Shown: piece by piece, positions 9,170 to 18,220 of the stretch
Position numbering within the stretch: position 1 is the stretch's first letter
Layout: the number at the start of each line of letters is the position of its first letter
Source of the DNA: Elusimicrobiota bacterium
GTDB lineage: Bacteria; Elusimicrobiota; Elusimicrobia; UBA1565; UBA9628
Length of the DNA: 64,000 nucleotides
NCBI GenBank assembly: GCA_027451985.1
Contig: DAIDHS010000005.1
Coordinates: 267 to 64,266, forward strand
Reading direction: 5' to 3'
Position numbers and translations under genes: made by a program
Notes under the pieces: generated by a model
The model's database searches: none
What the model was told of the DNA's origin: nothing
The model's input: the letters and a program-made list of their open reading frames with translations, nothing else

Positions 9170-9198
9170 AGTATAACAGATGCCCATCGGGGATGCAA
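9170..9198 (-). promoter_or_regulatory. Sigma70-like promoter for ssrA
   Basis: The minus strand reads TTGCAT, then a 17-nt spacer, then TATACT, then 10 nt to the mature tmRNA 5' end. Confidence 0.5.
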
Positions 9199-9228
9199 TG
9201 GACGGGGATTTCCTATAATAGAACGGTG

Positions 9229-9873
9229 ATGATCCTGGCGCCGCTTTTGGCTGGATGGCTTTTGGCGCTGAACGCCTCAGCGGCCGTGGTGCAGTCGCCG
9301 GTTCTTTGGCAGGAGCGCTACTATTTCGACGCGCTTCTGGAGGCTCGCGATCGGCAACAGCGCGAGGAAAGCGACCCGGAGATGGTCCCGGTGCTCCGCG
9401 CCATCGCCGGGCAGGTGGCCCAGCAGGGCTTGAACCTCAACCGCCTCGGACTCTACGTCGCGGCGCAGAAGAGCAACGTGCGTTTCGCCTTCGCGCAGAA
9501 GGACCCGGATCCGAGCCTGAAGGTCATTCTGTCCAACTTGATGACGCTCACGCGCGGCGCCGGGCAAATCCGCGACAACCTCGACTATCTTGCGGTGCGC
9601 TGCCGCCTGGCGTCTTCGCAGGCCCTTTCGGATCCTAAAATGGAGCAGGCCAGCCTCGTCATCCTTGCTGAAATCCGGCAACTCCAACTCGATCTCAACG
9701 CCGTCTACCTGAACGCGGTCGCCGTGCAGAAGGACGCTTGGAAATTTTCCCGACCGAAGGACCGCTATTTGAGAAGCTCCTTATGGATGCTGGTCAGAAG
9801 CATGCGCCGCATCCAAAACTCCGTTTATTCCATCTACAATTCCGCCCGTGATCTTGCGCTGCGCTGCCGCTAG
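9229..9873 (+). CDS. Hypothetical secreted protein
   Basis: Signal-peptide-like MILAPLLAGWLLALNASAAV. The track start at 9193 lies inside the ssrA -35 box. A TATAAT at 9214-9219 sits just upstream of GTG 9226 and ATG 9229, so I prefer the downstream start. I did not recognise a family motif. Confidence 0.5.
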   Translation: MILAPLLAGWLLALNASAAVVQSPVLWQERYYFDALLEARDRQQREESDPEMVPVLRAIAGQVAQQGLNLNRLGLYVAAQKSNVRFAFAQKDPDPSLKVILSNLMTLTRGAGQIRDNLDYLAVRCRLASSQALSDPKMEQASLVILAEIRQLQLDLNAVYLNAVAVQKDAWKFSRPKDRYLRSSLWMLVRSMRRIQNSVYSIYNSARDLALRCR

Positions 9874-10588
9874 CCTGGCCGCCGTCCTGTGCGCCGCTTC
9901 CCCGGGCGCCGCGCGCGCCGCCGCGGCCGCGGAATCCGTCTCGTTCAAGACGTCCGACGGCTGGACCATCTCAGCGCTCTACCATCCGCCCCGCCCCGGC
10001 GCCGAAACAGCCGTGCTCATTCATGGCCTGGGGTCGAGCAACAACGAGTGGGGCGGCTTTGCCCCGAAGCTTTGGCGACTGGGGCTGGGCACCTTGGCCA
10101 TCGATTTGCGCGGCCACGGCAAAAGCCTTTCGGGACCGCACGGCACCGAGGGCTGGCAGGATTTCGACCGGAAGGACGAATGGCCCAAGGCCGTGCGCGA
10201 TCTGCTGGCCGCGGCAGCCTATCTGCGTCGGCGCGGCATCCCGGACCGGCGCATCGTCTTCATCGGCGCTTCCATCGGCGCGAACTTGGCCTCCGAGGCC
10301 GCGGCCAGGCTCAAGTCCTCGCCCTGGGTGGTGCTTCTCTCGCCGGGCGAGGACTACCACAATATTTTGCCGGCCGACGTTTCGGGGCGGCGCGTTCTCC
10401 TCGCGGCCTCGCCTCCCGATCCCTACGCCTACGGGACCTGCCTTGAAATGGCGGGGCGAACGAGAGGCGCCGCTTTCTTGGCCGCCCGCGCCGGCCACGG
10501 CGTGCAGATGTTCAAGGACGCGCGCTTTGCCAAGGCCCTGCTGGAATGGATCCGCCGAGTTTCGGCCTCCGGGCCGCGCCGTCGCTGA
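9848..10588 (+). CDS. Secreted alpha/beta hydrolase
   Basis: Signal-like N-terminus, then VLIHGLGSS, DLRGHGKS, nucleophile elbow GASIGA, and a late AGHG. The start is uncertain (GTG 9848 overlaps the preceding ORF). Confidence 0.7.
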   Translation: MILRCAAASLAAVLCAASPGAARAAAAAESVSFKTSDGWTISALYHPPRPGAETAVLIHGLGSSNNEWGGFAPKLWRLGLGTLAIDLRGHGKSLSGPHGTEGWQDFDRKDEWPKAVRDLLAAAAYLRRRGIPDRRIVFIGASIGANLASEAAARLKSSPWVVLLSPGEDYHNILPADVSGRRVLLAASPPDPYAYGTCLEMAGRTRGAAFLAARAGHGVQMFKDARFAKALLEWIRRVSASGPRRR

Positions 10589-10617
10589 TTTTGCTAAAAT
10601 AATTCGGAGGCCATACG

Positions 10618-11271
10618 ATGCCCGCCCCCCTTAGAACCTTGGAGTTTTTCGCCGGCGCCTGCCTAACGGCAGAGTTCGTCGGCTACTGGCTGCACATCCT
10701 GCTCCACAGCGACAAGATTAAGTTTCTAAGCCGCAGCCATATGATCCACCACCTGATCAGCTATCCGCCGGACAAGCCCATGCGGCCGTCCGAGGAGTAC
10801 ATGCTTTCGACCCAGGGCCGCGCGAGCCTGTTAGGCATCGGCATGGAGTGGCTCTTTCCCATCGCCGTCATCATGTCGGCTCTGGAGTTCGGTCTGCGGG
10901 CAGCGGGCGCTTCGGGCATCCATCAGGCCGTCTTTGTGGTCACCGCGCTGGGCTGGGGCACGGCGATGTTCTGGTACATGCACGACGCCATGCACTTGAA
11001 GCGCTTTTGGATGGAAAAAAATTCCCTTTTGGGCCGCTGGTTTCTTCGTGCCCGCAAGCGCCATGACATCCACCACATGCGCATCGCGGACTCCGGGCTC
11101 ATGAACCGCAATTTCGGGATATGTTTTTTCTTCTTCGACCGCGTGTTCGGCACCTTGCAGGCCGAGCATGAGACATTTAATCGCCCGGGCTATGAGGGGG
11201 CCAAACGGCGGTTCTCCTATCTCTATGAGATATACAACGCGCGCGTCGGCCGCCAAAAAGCGGCCTACTAA
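10618..11271 (+). CDS. Fatty acid hydroxylase / sterol desaturase superfamily membrane protein
   Basis: Histidine boxes HILLH, SHMIHH, HDAMH and HDIHH lie within hydrophobic segments. Confidence 0.7.
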   Translation: MPAPLRTLEFFAGACLTAEFVGYWLHILLHSDKIKFLSRSHMIHHLISYPPDKPMRPSEEYMLSTQGRASLLGIGMEWLFPIAVIMSALEFGLRAAGASGIHQAVFVVTALGWGTAMFWYMHDAMHLKRFWMEKNSLLGRWFLRARKRHDIHHMRIADSGLMNRNFGICFFFFDRVFGTLQAEHETFNRPGYEGAKRRFSYLYEIYNARVGRQKAAY

Positions 11272-11295
11272 GCCGGAAGGCCGCGCTCCGAATTT

Positions 11296-11634
11296 ATGTC
11301 CAACGCCATCTCTCCCGACTCTCTGGAGCGCATCGGAGGCGAAGCCCTGCGCGTGCGCTGGCAGGATGGCCACGCGAGCCTCTATCCCGCTCGATACTTG
11401 CGCCAGCGTTGCCCGTGCGCCGGCTGCGTGGATGAGCTTTCCGGAGAGCGGATGCTGGCGCCGGAGAGCGTTCCGAGCGATGTGCGCGCGCTCGGCGCGT
11501 CCCTTGTGGGCAACTACGCCGTGAGCTTTTCCTTCTCCGATGGGCACGGCTCGGGAATCTACACCTTCGAGGCGCTGCGGCGCTTGTGTCCCTGCGCCGA
11601 ATGCGCCGCGGAAATTGGAGCGCAGCAGCCATGA
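11296..11634 (+). CDS. DUF971 (gamma-butyrobetaine hydroxylase N-terminal-like) protein
   Basis: Motifs are LRVRWQDGHASLYPARYLRQRCPCAGC, then SDGHGSGIYTFEALRRLCPCAEC. Confidence 0.7.
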   Translation: MSNAISPDSLERIGGEALRVRWQDGHASLYPARYLRQRCPCAGCVDELSGERMLAPESVPSDVRALGASLVGNYAVSFSFSDGHGSGIYTFEALRRLCPCAECAAEIGAQQP

Positions 11635-13016
11635 GCGGCGAATACAAGACCATCATCGAGCCCTTCAAGATTAAGTGCGTCGAGCCTTTGGGATTTGCGG
11701 AGCCGGCGGAGCGGGAGGACGTCTTGCGCCGCGCGGGCTACAACCTCTTCAACGTCCCGGCCGACAAGGTCCTCATCGATTTGCTGACCGACTCCGGCAC
11801 GGCGGCCATGTCCGCGGAGCAATGGAGCGCGGTCATGCGCGGCGACGAATCCTACGCCGGGGCCAAGAGCTTCTTCCGCTTCGAAGCGGCCGTGCGGGAC
11901 TTGACGGGCTACGCGCACGTCCTGCCCACGCATCAGGGCCGCGCCGCGGAAAGAATCTTGATGGGGGTCATCGCGGGGCCGGGCAAGGTCGTCATCTCCA
12001 ATTCCCATTTCGACACGACCCGCGCCAACGTGGAAGCCGCGGGCGCACAGGCGCTTGATTTGCCTGCGCCCGGTGCGCTTGAGTTCGGGCGAAGCGCCCC
12101 TTTCAAGGGCGACATGGACGTTGCGGCCCTGGAGAAGGAAATCAGTAAGCGCGGCGCGGCCGGCATCCCGCTCATCATCATGACGGTGACCAATAATTCT
12201 TTGGGTGGCCAGCCGGCGTCCTTGAAAAATCTCCACGAGGTTTCCGAAGTCGCCCGCGCGCACAAAATTCCGCTCTTCCTGGACGCCGCGCGCTTCGCGG
12301 AGAACGCCTATTTCATCAAGCTGAGAGAAAGGGGTCAGGAGAGCCGCAGCGCCGGCGACATCGCGCGCGAAATGTTCTCCTGCGCGTCTGGCTGTCTTAT
12401 GAGCGCCAAGAAGGACGCCCTGGTCAACATCGGCGGTTTCCTGGCCTTAAACGACGACGAGTGGGCGGGCGCTGCGCGGGCGCTGCTGATTTTGGGCGAG
12501 GGCTTCTCCACCTATGGAGGCTTGGCCGGCCGCGATTTGGAGGCCATGGCCCAGGGTCTTTCCGAGGTCTTGGACGAGAAGTACCTCTCCTACCGCCTGC
12601 GTTCTGTCGAGTATCTAGGCGAGGGACTGCGCCGGGCCGGCGTTCCCATCGTGGAGCCTCCGGGCGGCCACGCCGTCTATGTGGACGCACGACGCTTTTT
12701 GCCGCAGATTCCGCCTGAGCGATATCCCGCCCAGGCCCTTGCGTGCGAGCTCTATCGGCTGGCCGGCATCCGGTCGGTCGAAATCGGCTCGCTGATGTTC
12801 GGGCAGGAGGGGCCGGGAGGGTTCGTTCCGGCGCCCATGGAACTCGTGCGCCTAGCCGTGCCGCGGCGGGTCTATACCCAGAGCCACATCGATTTCGTCA
12901 TCGAAGTCTTCGCGGACTTGGCCCGCCGCCGCAAGAGCGTCCGCGGGCTGCGCGTGGTCGAGAATCCCCGCGTTCTGCGCCATTTTACGGCTCGTCTCGA
13001 GCCCGTTCCGGCCTGA
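11631..13016 (+). CDS. Tryptophanase / tyrosine phenol-lyase family beta-eliminating lyase (PLP-dependent)
   Basis: Starts MSGEYKTIIEPFKIKCVEP, with LIDLLTDSGTAAMS, THQGRAAE, the PLP-lysine region SAKKDALVNIGG, and PPGGHAVYVDA. The start ATG at 11631 overlaps the DUF971 stop (ATGA). Confidence 0.85.
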   Translation: MSGEYKTIIEPFKIKCVEPLGFAEPAEREDVLRRAGYNLFNVPADKVLIDLLTDSGTAAMSAEQWSAVMRGDESYAGAKSFFRFEAAVRDLTGYAHVLPTHQGRAAERILMGVIAGPGKVVISNSHFDTTRANVEAAGAQALDLPAPGALEFGRSAPFKGDMDVAALEKEISKRGAAGIPLIIMTVTNNSLGGQPASLKNLHEVSEVARAHKIPLFLDAARFAENAYFIKLRERGQESRSAGDIAREMFSCASGCLMSAKKDALVNIGGFLALNDDEWAGAARALLILGEGFSTYGGLAGRDLEAMAQGLSEVLDEKYLSYRLRSVEYLGEGLRRAGVPIVEPPGGHAVYVDARRFLPQIPPERYPAQALACELYRLAGIRSVEIGSLMFGQEGPGGFVPAPMELVRLAVPRRVYTQSHIDFVIEVFADLARRRKSVRGLRVVENPRVLRHFTARLEPVPA

Positions 13017-14941
13017 TGGAAGAAGCCGCCGGCAAAATCCTCATCGTCACCACTGATCGCGCTCTGGCGACGGAGGCCTCGTCCCTGTTCTCTCCCAAAG
13101 GCGCCGAAGTTCTGATCGCGGCCAACCTCGCCGGCGCCCAGTCCAGAATTTCATCCGACAAGATCATCGCCGTGATCGTGGACGCGGCGCGCATCGGCGC
13201 CGCGGAAAGAAACGGGCTGGTTCAGATTCATGCCCAGAAAAAATTCCCGCTCTTTATCCTGGAGACGCTGGGCACGCTCTCCCCGCTGGAGACGTCGTCC
13301 TTGCGGCGCCTGCCGTGGCCGTTGCCTCAGGGATTCGCGGATCTCGTTCGCACCGCGGCAAAGCCCGTGATTTTTCTGGCGGATCAAACCATGTTCGCCA
13401 GCCGCGCCCTGCAGATTTTGCTGCAGCAGGCGGGCCTGCAACCGCTCATTCTGGACTCGACCGTCGGCTTGGGCGAGACGATGACCGCGACGCCCGCGCG
13501 GACCAAGAGCTTTTGGGAAAAACTGACGGGCTCGGGATCTGGAGAGGAGAATGAAGATCGGGCCCGCGTCGCGGTGGCGCAGTTCTCAGGCGACTTGAAC
13601 GCCGCTGCGGCTTTCGACACACGCCTGCGCCAGGCGCTTCCCAACGCGGCCTGCTATCATGTCTCGGGCGTCGAAACGATGCGCGCCGCCGCCGTGGCCG
13701 TGCAAGAAAGGCGTCCGGCCATTTTGCTGCGCGAGGAACTGCGCCGCATCCCGGCCATTCTCTTCGGGAGGGAAACCGCGGCGCGGCCCCGCCCGGAGCG
13801 GGGCGCCCGGATCCTCTTGGTCGACAACTACAAGCCTTCCCTCGATTCTCTGGCCCAAGCCCTGGCGGCGGCCAAATACGAGGTCGCGGCCACAATGGAC
13901 GGCAACCAAGCCCTGGCCGCGGCGCAAAAGCCCGGCAGCTTCCACTTGGCCGTCATCGGCGCGGCCTTGGCCTACACCCAGCGCACAGGCGCGGACCTAG
14001 CCCTGGCCCTGCGCGAGCGGGATCCTGATTTGCGCATTATCTTCATGGTCGATCAATACCCCCTGCAGTCCGCGCTCAAGGGCATGAGCCAAGTCGTTGA
14101 GCTGGGTTTAGACGACGCGCTTCTGAAGCCCGTGGAGTCCTCTCGCCTCATCTTCTCCGTGCAACGCGCGCTTGAACGGCGATTCCTGATCATGGAGAAC
14201 GCGCGGCTTTTGAAGGAAGTCCAGGAGTCCAACCGCCAGCTGGCGCAGATCAACGCCTTCCAGAAGAAATTCTTCGCCATGGTGGCGCACGACGTCAAGA
14301 ATCCCCTGACCGCGATTTTGGGCTATGCGGAAATCCTGCAGTCCAAGCTTTCCGACCGGGCCTCCGAACTCAAGAGCGCCTCGCACGTCTACTCCGCGGC
14401 CAAGACTTTAAATGTGCTCATTTCCGATTTAGTCGATTTAGCCGCCATCGAGTCGGGCAAGCTGCGCGTGACCCTTGCGCCGATGGATCTGGCCGTCGTC
14501 GTTTCCGAGGTGCGCTCACGCATCGAAATCGCCGCCGCCCAGCGGAAAATTGTCTTCGGGGTCGAGATGCCGCCGGCTCTGCCGGCGCTCGTTGGCGATG
14601 CCTCTCGTATCGGACAGGTCATCCAGAACCTCTGCACCAACGCCATCCAGTATACCAAGGAAGGCGGCAAGGTCACCGTCATCGTCCAACCGGGACCGGA
14701 CAAGGTCGTCGTGAGCGTCAAGGACACCGGCATCGGCATCTCAAAGCAGGACCTGCCGCGCGTCTTCGAGATGTTCTTCCAGAGCGAGCAGGCGCAGGCG
14801 ATGCGGAAGGCCGGCTTCGGTTTGGGCCTTAAGATTTCCCGCGAAATCGTACAGAGGCATAACGGGACCATCGGCGTCGAATCGGAGCTGGGCGTGGGCA
14901 CCCGCTTTTACTTCACGCTACCCGTTCCCGCGCCGAAGTGA
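13016..14941 (+). CDS. Sensor histidine kinase with three N-terminal receiver-like (apparently degenerate) modules
   Basis: H-box FFAMVAHDVKNPLTAI, N-box IQNLCTNAIQYT, G1 VKDTGIGI and G2 GFGLGLKI. Receiver-like segments begin KILIVTTD, PVIFLADQ and RILLVDN. The third has HLAVIGAAL where a phospho-accepting Asp is expected. The start ATG at 13016 overlaps the upstream stop (TGATG). Confidence 0.85.
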   Translation: MEEAAGKILIVTTDRALATEASSLFSPKGAEVLIAANLAGAQSRISSDKIIAVIVDAARIGAAERNGLVQIHAQKKFPLFILETLGTLSPLETSSLRRLPWPLPQGFADLVRTAAKPVIFLADQTMFASRALQILLQQAGLQPLILDSTVGLGETMTATPARTKSFWEKLTGSGSGEENEDRARVAVAQFSGDLNAAAAFDTRLRQALPNAACYHVSGVETMRAAAVAVQERRPAILLREELRRIPAILFGRETAARPRPERGARILLVDNYKPSLDSLAQALAAAKYEVAATMDGNQALAAAQKPGSFHLAVIGAALAYTQRTGADLALALRERDPDLRIIFMVDQYPLQSALKGMSQVVELGLDDALLKPVESSRLIFSVQRALERRFLIMENARLLKEVQESNRQLAQINAFQKKFFAMVAHDVKNPLTAILGYAEILQSKLSDRASELKSASHVYSAAKTLNVLISDLVDLAAIESGKLRVTLAPMDLAVVVSEVRSRIEIAAAQRKIVFGVEMPPALPALVGDASRIGQVIQNLCTNAIQYTKEGGKVTVIVQPGPDKVVVSVKDTGIGISKQDLPRVFEMFFQSEQAQAMRKAGFGLGLKISREIVQRHNGTIGVESELGVGTRFYFTLPVPAPK

Positions 14942-16938
14942 AGTCTTCCTGGGAGGCCTTGGGGCGGCGCCTCTCATCAGACGCGCTCAAGCTTTCCCCT
15001 GCGGACTTAGACGCCTACTCTTACGACGCGGCTCCCATCCGCGCCCGGCCGGACGCCGTGGTTTTGGCGCGCGAACCGGAGGATGTGGCCGAGACCGTGC
15101 GCTTCTGCATCGAGAGCGGCCAAGCCTACACCGCCCGCGGCGCGGGAACCAATCTCTCCGGCGGTGCGGTGGCGCTTTCAGGTGGGGCGATCATTTCCCT
15201 GGCGCGGATGAACCGGGTCCTGGCGGTCGATACGGCCTCGCGGGAGGCCGTGGTTGAGAGCGGAACGGTCAACGCCGCCTTGCAAAAAGAACTTGAGAAG
15301 GAAAGTTATTTCTACGCTCCGGATCCCGCCAGTTGGAAGGTCTCCACCCTCGGTGGCAACATCGCGGAGAACGCCGGCGGGCCACGCTGCTTGAAGTACG
15401 GCGTCACCACCAACCACATTTTGGGCGTCGAGGCGGTGATGCCGGACGGAACCTCGGCCGCGTTTTCCTCGGACGATCCGGGTCCCGACCTGATGAGCCT
15501 GCTGGTGGGATCCGAGGGCACGTTGGGCTTGGTCACCAAAGCCCGCCTCAAGATTGCACCGGCGCCGGTGGGGGTGGCGACATTTTTAGCGGGTTTCCCA
15601 TCCATTGAGAGCGCGATGGACTGCGTTTCGGCCGTCATTGCGGCGGGCGTCATCCCACGCGCCATGGAGGCGATGGACGACGTTCTGCTCAGGCTCATCG
15701 AAGCGCGTTCTCCCTGCGGCTATCCTAAAACACCGGCGGTGTTGCTCATCGAGCTTGACGGCGAAGCCGCGCAAGTCGCCGAGGAGTCGGCCAAGGTCGA
15801 GGCTTTGTGCCGCGCCCAGGGCGCCGTGGATCTGCGTTCGGCCCGCGACGCGCGCGAGCGCGACCGGCTGTGGGAGGGCCGCCGCGGCGCCTACGCGTCC
15901 ATGGCTCGGCTAGCCCCCAACGTCCTGGTCGAGGACGGCGTCGTGCCCAGGCCCAAGCTCTCCGAGGTCGTGCGCCGCATCCGGCAGGTCGCCGCGCGAC
16001 GCGGGCTGAGCATTCCGCTTTTGTTCCACGCCGGCGACGGCAACATCCATCCGCACCTAACTTACGACGAGCGCGACGCGGCGGCGGCACGCACAGCGCA
16101 CGAGGCCGGCCAAGAAATGCTCCAGGCGTGCATCGATTTGGGCGGCTCCATTTCAGGCGAGCACGGCATCGGCTGCGACAAGCGCGCGGCCATGGCTCGG
16201 CTTTTCGGTCACGCGGAGCTGGAGTGCTTCCGCCGCGTCAAAAAAACCCTGGATCCGGGCCTGCGCGCCAACCCGGACAAGATCATCCCCTTGCCGCAGG
16301 AGGAAGCTGCGGCCGGCCCGGGTCGACGGCCCCGCCCGCTTTCTCCTTATGCGCTCCATCTGGCCGAAAAAATCAGAGCCGGCGCGGCGCAGGGCTGCCG
16401 CTTCGCCGTCATCGGCAGCGGATCTAGGTGGAGAAATCCGCCGCCCGCGGATCTCATTATCCTTGAGACGCCCGGCCTTAATGCGATTTTGGACTTGGAC
16501 GCGGGGAACATGACGCTGAGCGTCGAGGCCGGGATTTCTCTGGAAGTGCTGCACTGGGAACTGGAGAAAAAAGGACTCTTCCTGCGCTTGCCCAAAGCGC
16601 CGGGAACCTTGGGCGGCTTTTTGGCCGCGAAAGCCTGGCCCGAAGCGCGCCAAGAGTTGCTGGGTCTGAGGATTCTCCTGCCCGATGGGCAGGCGGCGGA
16701 TTTCGGCGGGAAAGTGGTCAAAAACGTGGCGGGATACGACATTCCGCGGCTTGTCATTGGCTCTTGGGGCGCCTTCGGCCTCATCGCGGACGTCACTCTT
16801 CGGATTTATGCGCGTCCGCAATCTAAGACCGCGCCGTCCCGGCCGTGCGAGCTGTTTAAGCCCAATGTCTGGCACCGCAGGCTCAAGTCCGCCTTCGACG
16901 CGGAAAACCGCTTCAATCCCTGGATTTTCGCTCCTTAG
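14938..16938 (+). CDS. glcD: Glycolate oxidase FAD-linked subunit GlcD fused to a GlcE-like FAD-binding domain
   Basis: The first about 460 aa contain ARGAGTNLSGG, GGNIAENAGGPRCLKYG and SGEHGIGCDKR. The C-terminal about 200 aa contain a second PCMH-type module (FAVIGSGSRW, VKNVAGYDIPRLVIGSWGAFG). It uses a GTG start overlapping the upstream stop (GTGA). Confidence 0.85.
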   Translation: MKSSWEALGRRLSSDALKLSPADLDAYSYDAAPIRARPDAVVLAREPEDVAETVRFCIESGQAYTARGAGTNLSGGAVALSGGAIISLARMNRVLAVDTASREAVVESGTVNAALQKELEKESYFYAPDPASWKVSTLGGNIAENAGGPRCLKYGVTTNHILGVEAVMPDGTSAAFSSDDPGPDLMSLLVGSEGTLGLVTKARLKIAPAPVGVATFLAGFPSIESAMDCVSAVIAAGVIPRAMEAMDDVLLRLIEARSPCGYPKTPAVLLIELDGEAAQVAEESAKVEALCRAQGAVDLRSARDARERDRLWEGRRGAYASMARLAPNVLVEDGVVPRPKLSEVVRRIRQVAARRGLSIPLLFHAGDGNIHPHLTYDERDAAAARTAHEAGQEMLQACIDLGGSISGEHGIGCDKRAAMARLFGHAELECFRRVKKTLDPGLRANPDKIIPLPQEEAAAGPGRRPRPLSPYALHLAEKIRAGAAQGCRFAVIGSGSRWRNPPPADLIILETPGLNAILDLDAGNMTLSVEAGISLEVLHWELEKKGLFLRLPKAPGTLGGFLAAKAWPEARQELLGLRILLPDGQAADFGGKVVKNVAGYDIPRLVIGSWGAFGLIADVTLRIYARPQSKTAPSRPCELFKPNVWHRRLKSAFDAENRFNPWIFAP

Positions 16939-16942
16939 CGCC

Positions 16943-18220
16943 ATGGCTGAAACCGCGGGGAAACTGCAGACGGACTTGGGCGAGCGCTCGACCTACGACG
17001 CGGCCAGCCAGTGCTCGCGCTGCGGCTACTGCGAGCAGTCCTGCCCGACCTACGTTGCGACGGGCAGAGAGCCGCTGTCTCCGCGCGGACGCAACCAGAT
17101 CGTACGCCTGATGCTGGAGGGCCGCACGCCGGACCGCGATTCTGTCAAGGAGGCGCTTTCGACCTGTCTTTTGTGCGGCGCCTGCTCCACGGCTTGCTAC
17201 GCGCGCGTGCCGACCGCGGATATCGTGCTGGAGGGGCGGCGCATGCTGGAGCCTGAGGCGCCGCTGATCGCCCGGATTCTGGGCCGCTTGGCGATCCGCC
17301 GGCCGCGCCTCCTCGCGTCTCTTTTGAAAATCGGCTACGCTTTCAAGCGCGCCGGGATCTCGCGCCTGGGCCGCCCTTTCCTGCGGGCTGCGGGATTGGG
17401 CGCCCTGGCGGAGGCCGACGCCTCGATGGATGAAGCGCCCCGGGAATTCTTGTGCGACGCGCTTAGGCGTCGGCCGGCGCCGGAAAGTCCAGCGTGGCTT
17501 TATTTCGCCGCCTGCGGGCCCAACTATGTCTTGCCGCGCGTCGGCCTGGCGACATGGGCCGTCTTGGAGAATCGACTGGGTCCGGGCCGCTTCCTTAATA
17601 ACGCGTGCTGCGGGCTGTTGAGCTACAACTACGGAACCCTGGTGGACGCGCGCGACGCGGCGATCCGAACCGTCGAGCGCTGGGAAGCCTTGGGAAACAA
17701 GGACGCTCCCGTGATTGCCGACTGCTCCTCTTGCGCTGATTTCTTGAAGCGCTACCCCCGCCTTTTTCTTGACGACCCGGCCTGGAAAACGAGAACCGAG
17801 GCGTTCTCCGCGCGCGTGCGGGACGTCATCGAGCTTTTAGGCGTGGAGGCCGCGCCTGCGCGCACCGCGGCACCTTTGGTTTATCACGAGTCCTGCCGCG
17901 CCAGGCATGGACAAGGGCTCGCCGCGCCGCAGGAACTTCTTCGGAGCGTCTGCGGCGAAGGCTATAAAACTCTTCCCGAGTCGGACATGTGCTGCGGCGG
18001 AGCAGGCGCCTTCTCGTTTCTGCATCCGGAGCTTTCGGACGAAGTTTTACGGCGGAAGATATCCAATGTCGCGCGCACCGGCGCGCAGGTCGTGCTGGCC
18101 AGCTCCACTTCCTGCCTGCTCCAGCTTGCCCGTGGCCTTCGGAAATACTATCCTCAAGCGCGGGCCTTTCATCTGACCGAATTCCTCGCGCAAAACGATG
18201 GGACGAAGACAAGAGCTTGA
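16943..18220 (+). CDS. glcF: Glycolate oxidase iron-sulfur subunit
   Basis: Ferredoxin-type motifs CSRCGYCEQSCP and CLLCGACSTAC, followed by two CCG-type Cys-rich domains. The start was moved to ATG 16943, 4 nt after the glcD/E stop. Confidence 0.85.
   Translation: MAETAGKLQTDLGERSTYDAASQCSRCGYCEQSCPTYVATGREPLSPRGRNQIVRLMLEGRTPDRDSVKEALSTCLLCGACSTACYARVPTADIVLEGRRMLEPEAPLIARILGRLAIRRPRLLASLLKIGYAFKRAGISRLGRPFLRAAGLGALAEADASMDEAPREFLCDALRRRPAPESPAWLYFAACGPNYVLPRVGLATWAVLENRLGPGRFLNNACCGLLSYNYGTLVDARDAAIRTVERWEALGNKDAPVIADCSSCADFLKRYPRLFLDDPAWKTRTEAFSARVRDVIELLGVEAAPARTAAPLVYHESCRARHGQGLAAPQELLRSVCGEGYKTLPESDMCCGGAGAFSFLHPELSDEVLRRKISNVARTGAQVVLASSTSCLLQLARGLRKYYPQARAFHLTEFLAQNDGTKTRA

Noticed and set aside
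9193-9228. ATG 9193 as the start of the secreted hypothetical protein.
   Set aside because: This ATG lies within the -35 hexamer of the divergent ssrA promoter and upstream of a TATAAT at 9214-9219. The signal peptide begins at the Met encoded at 9229.
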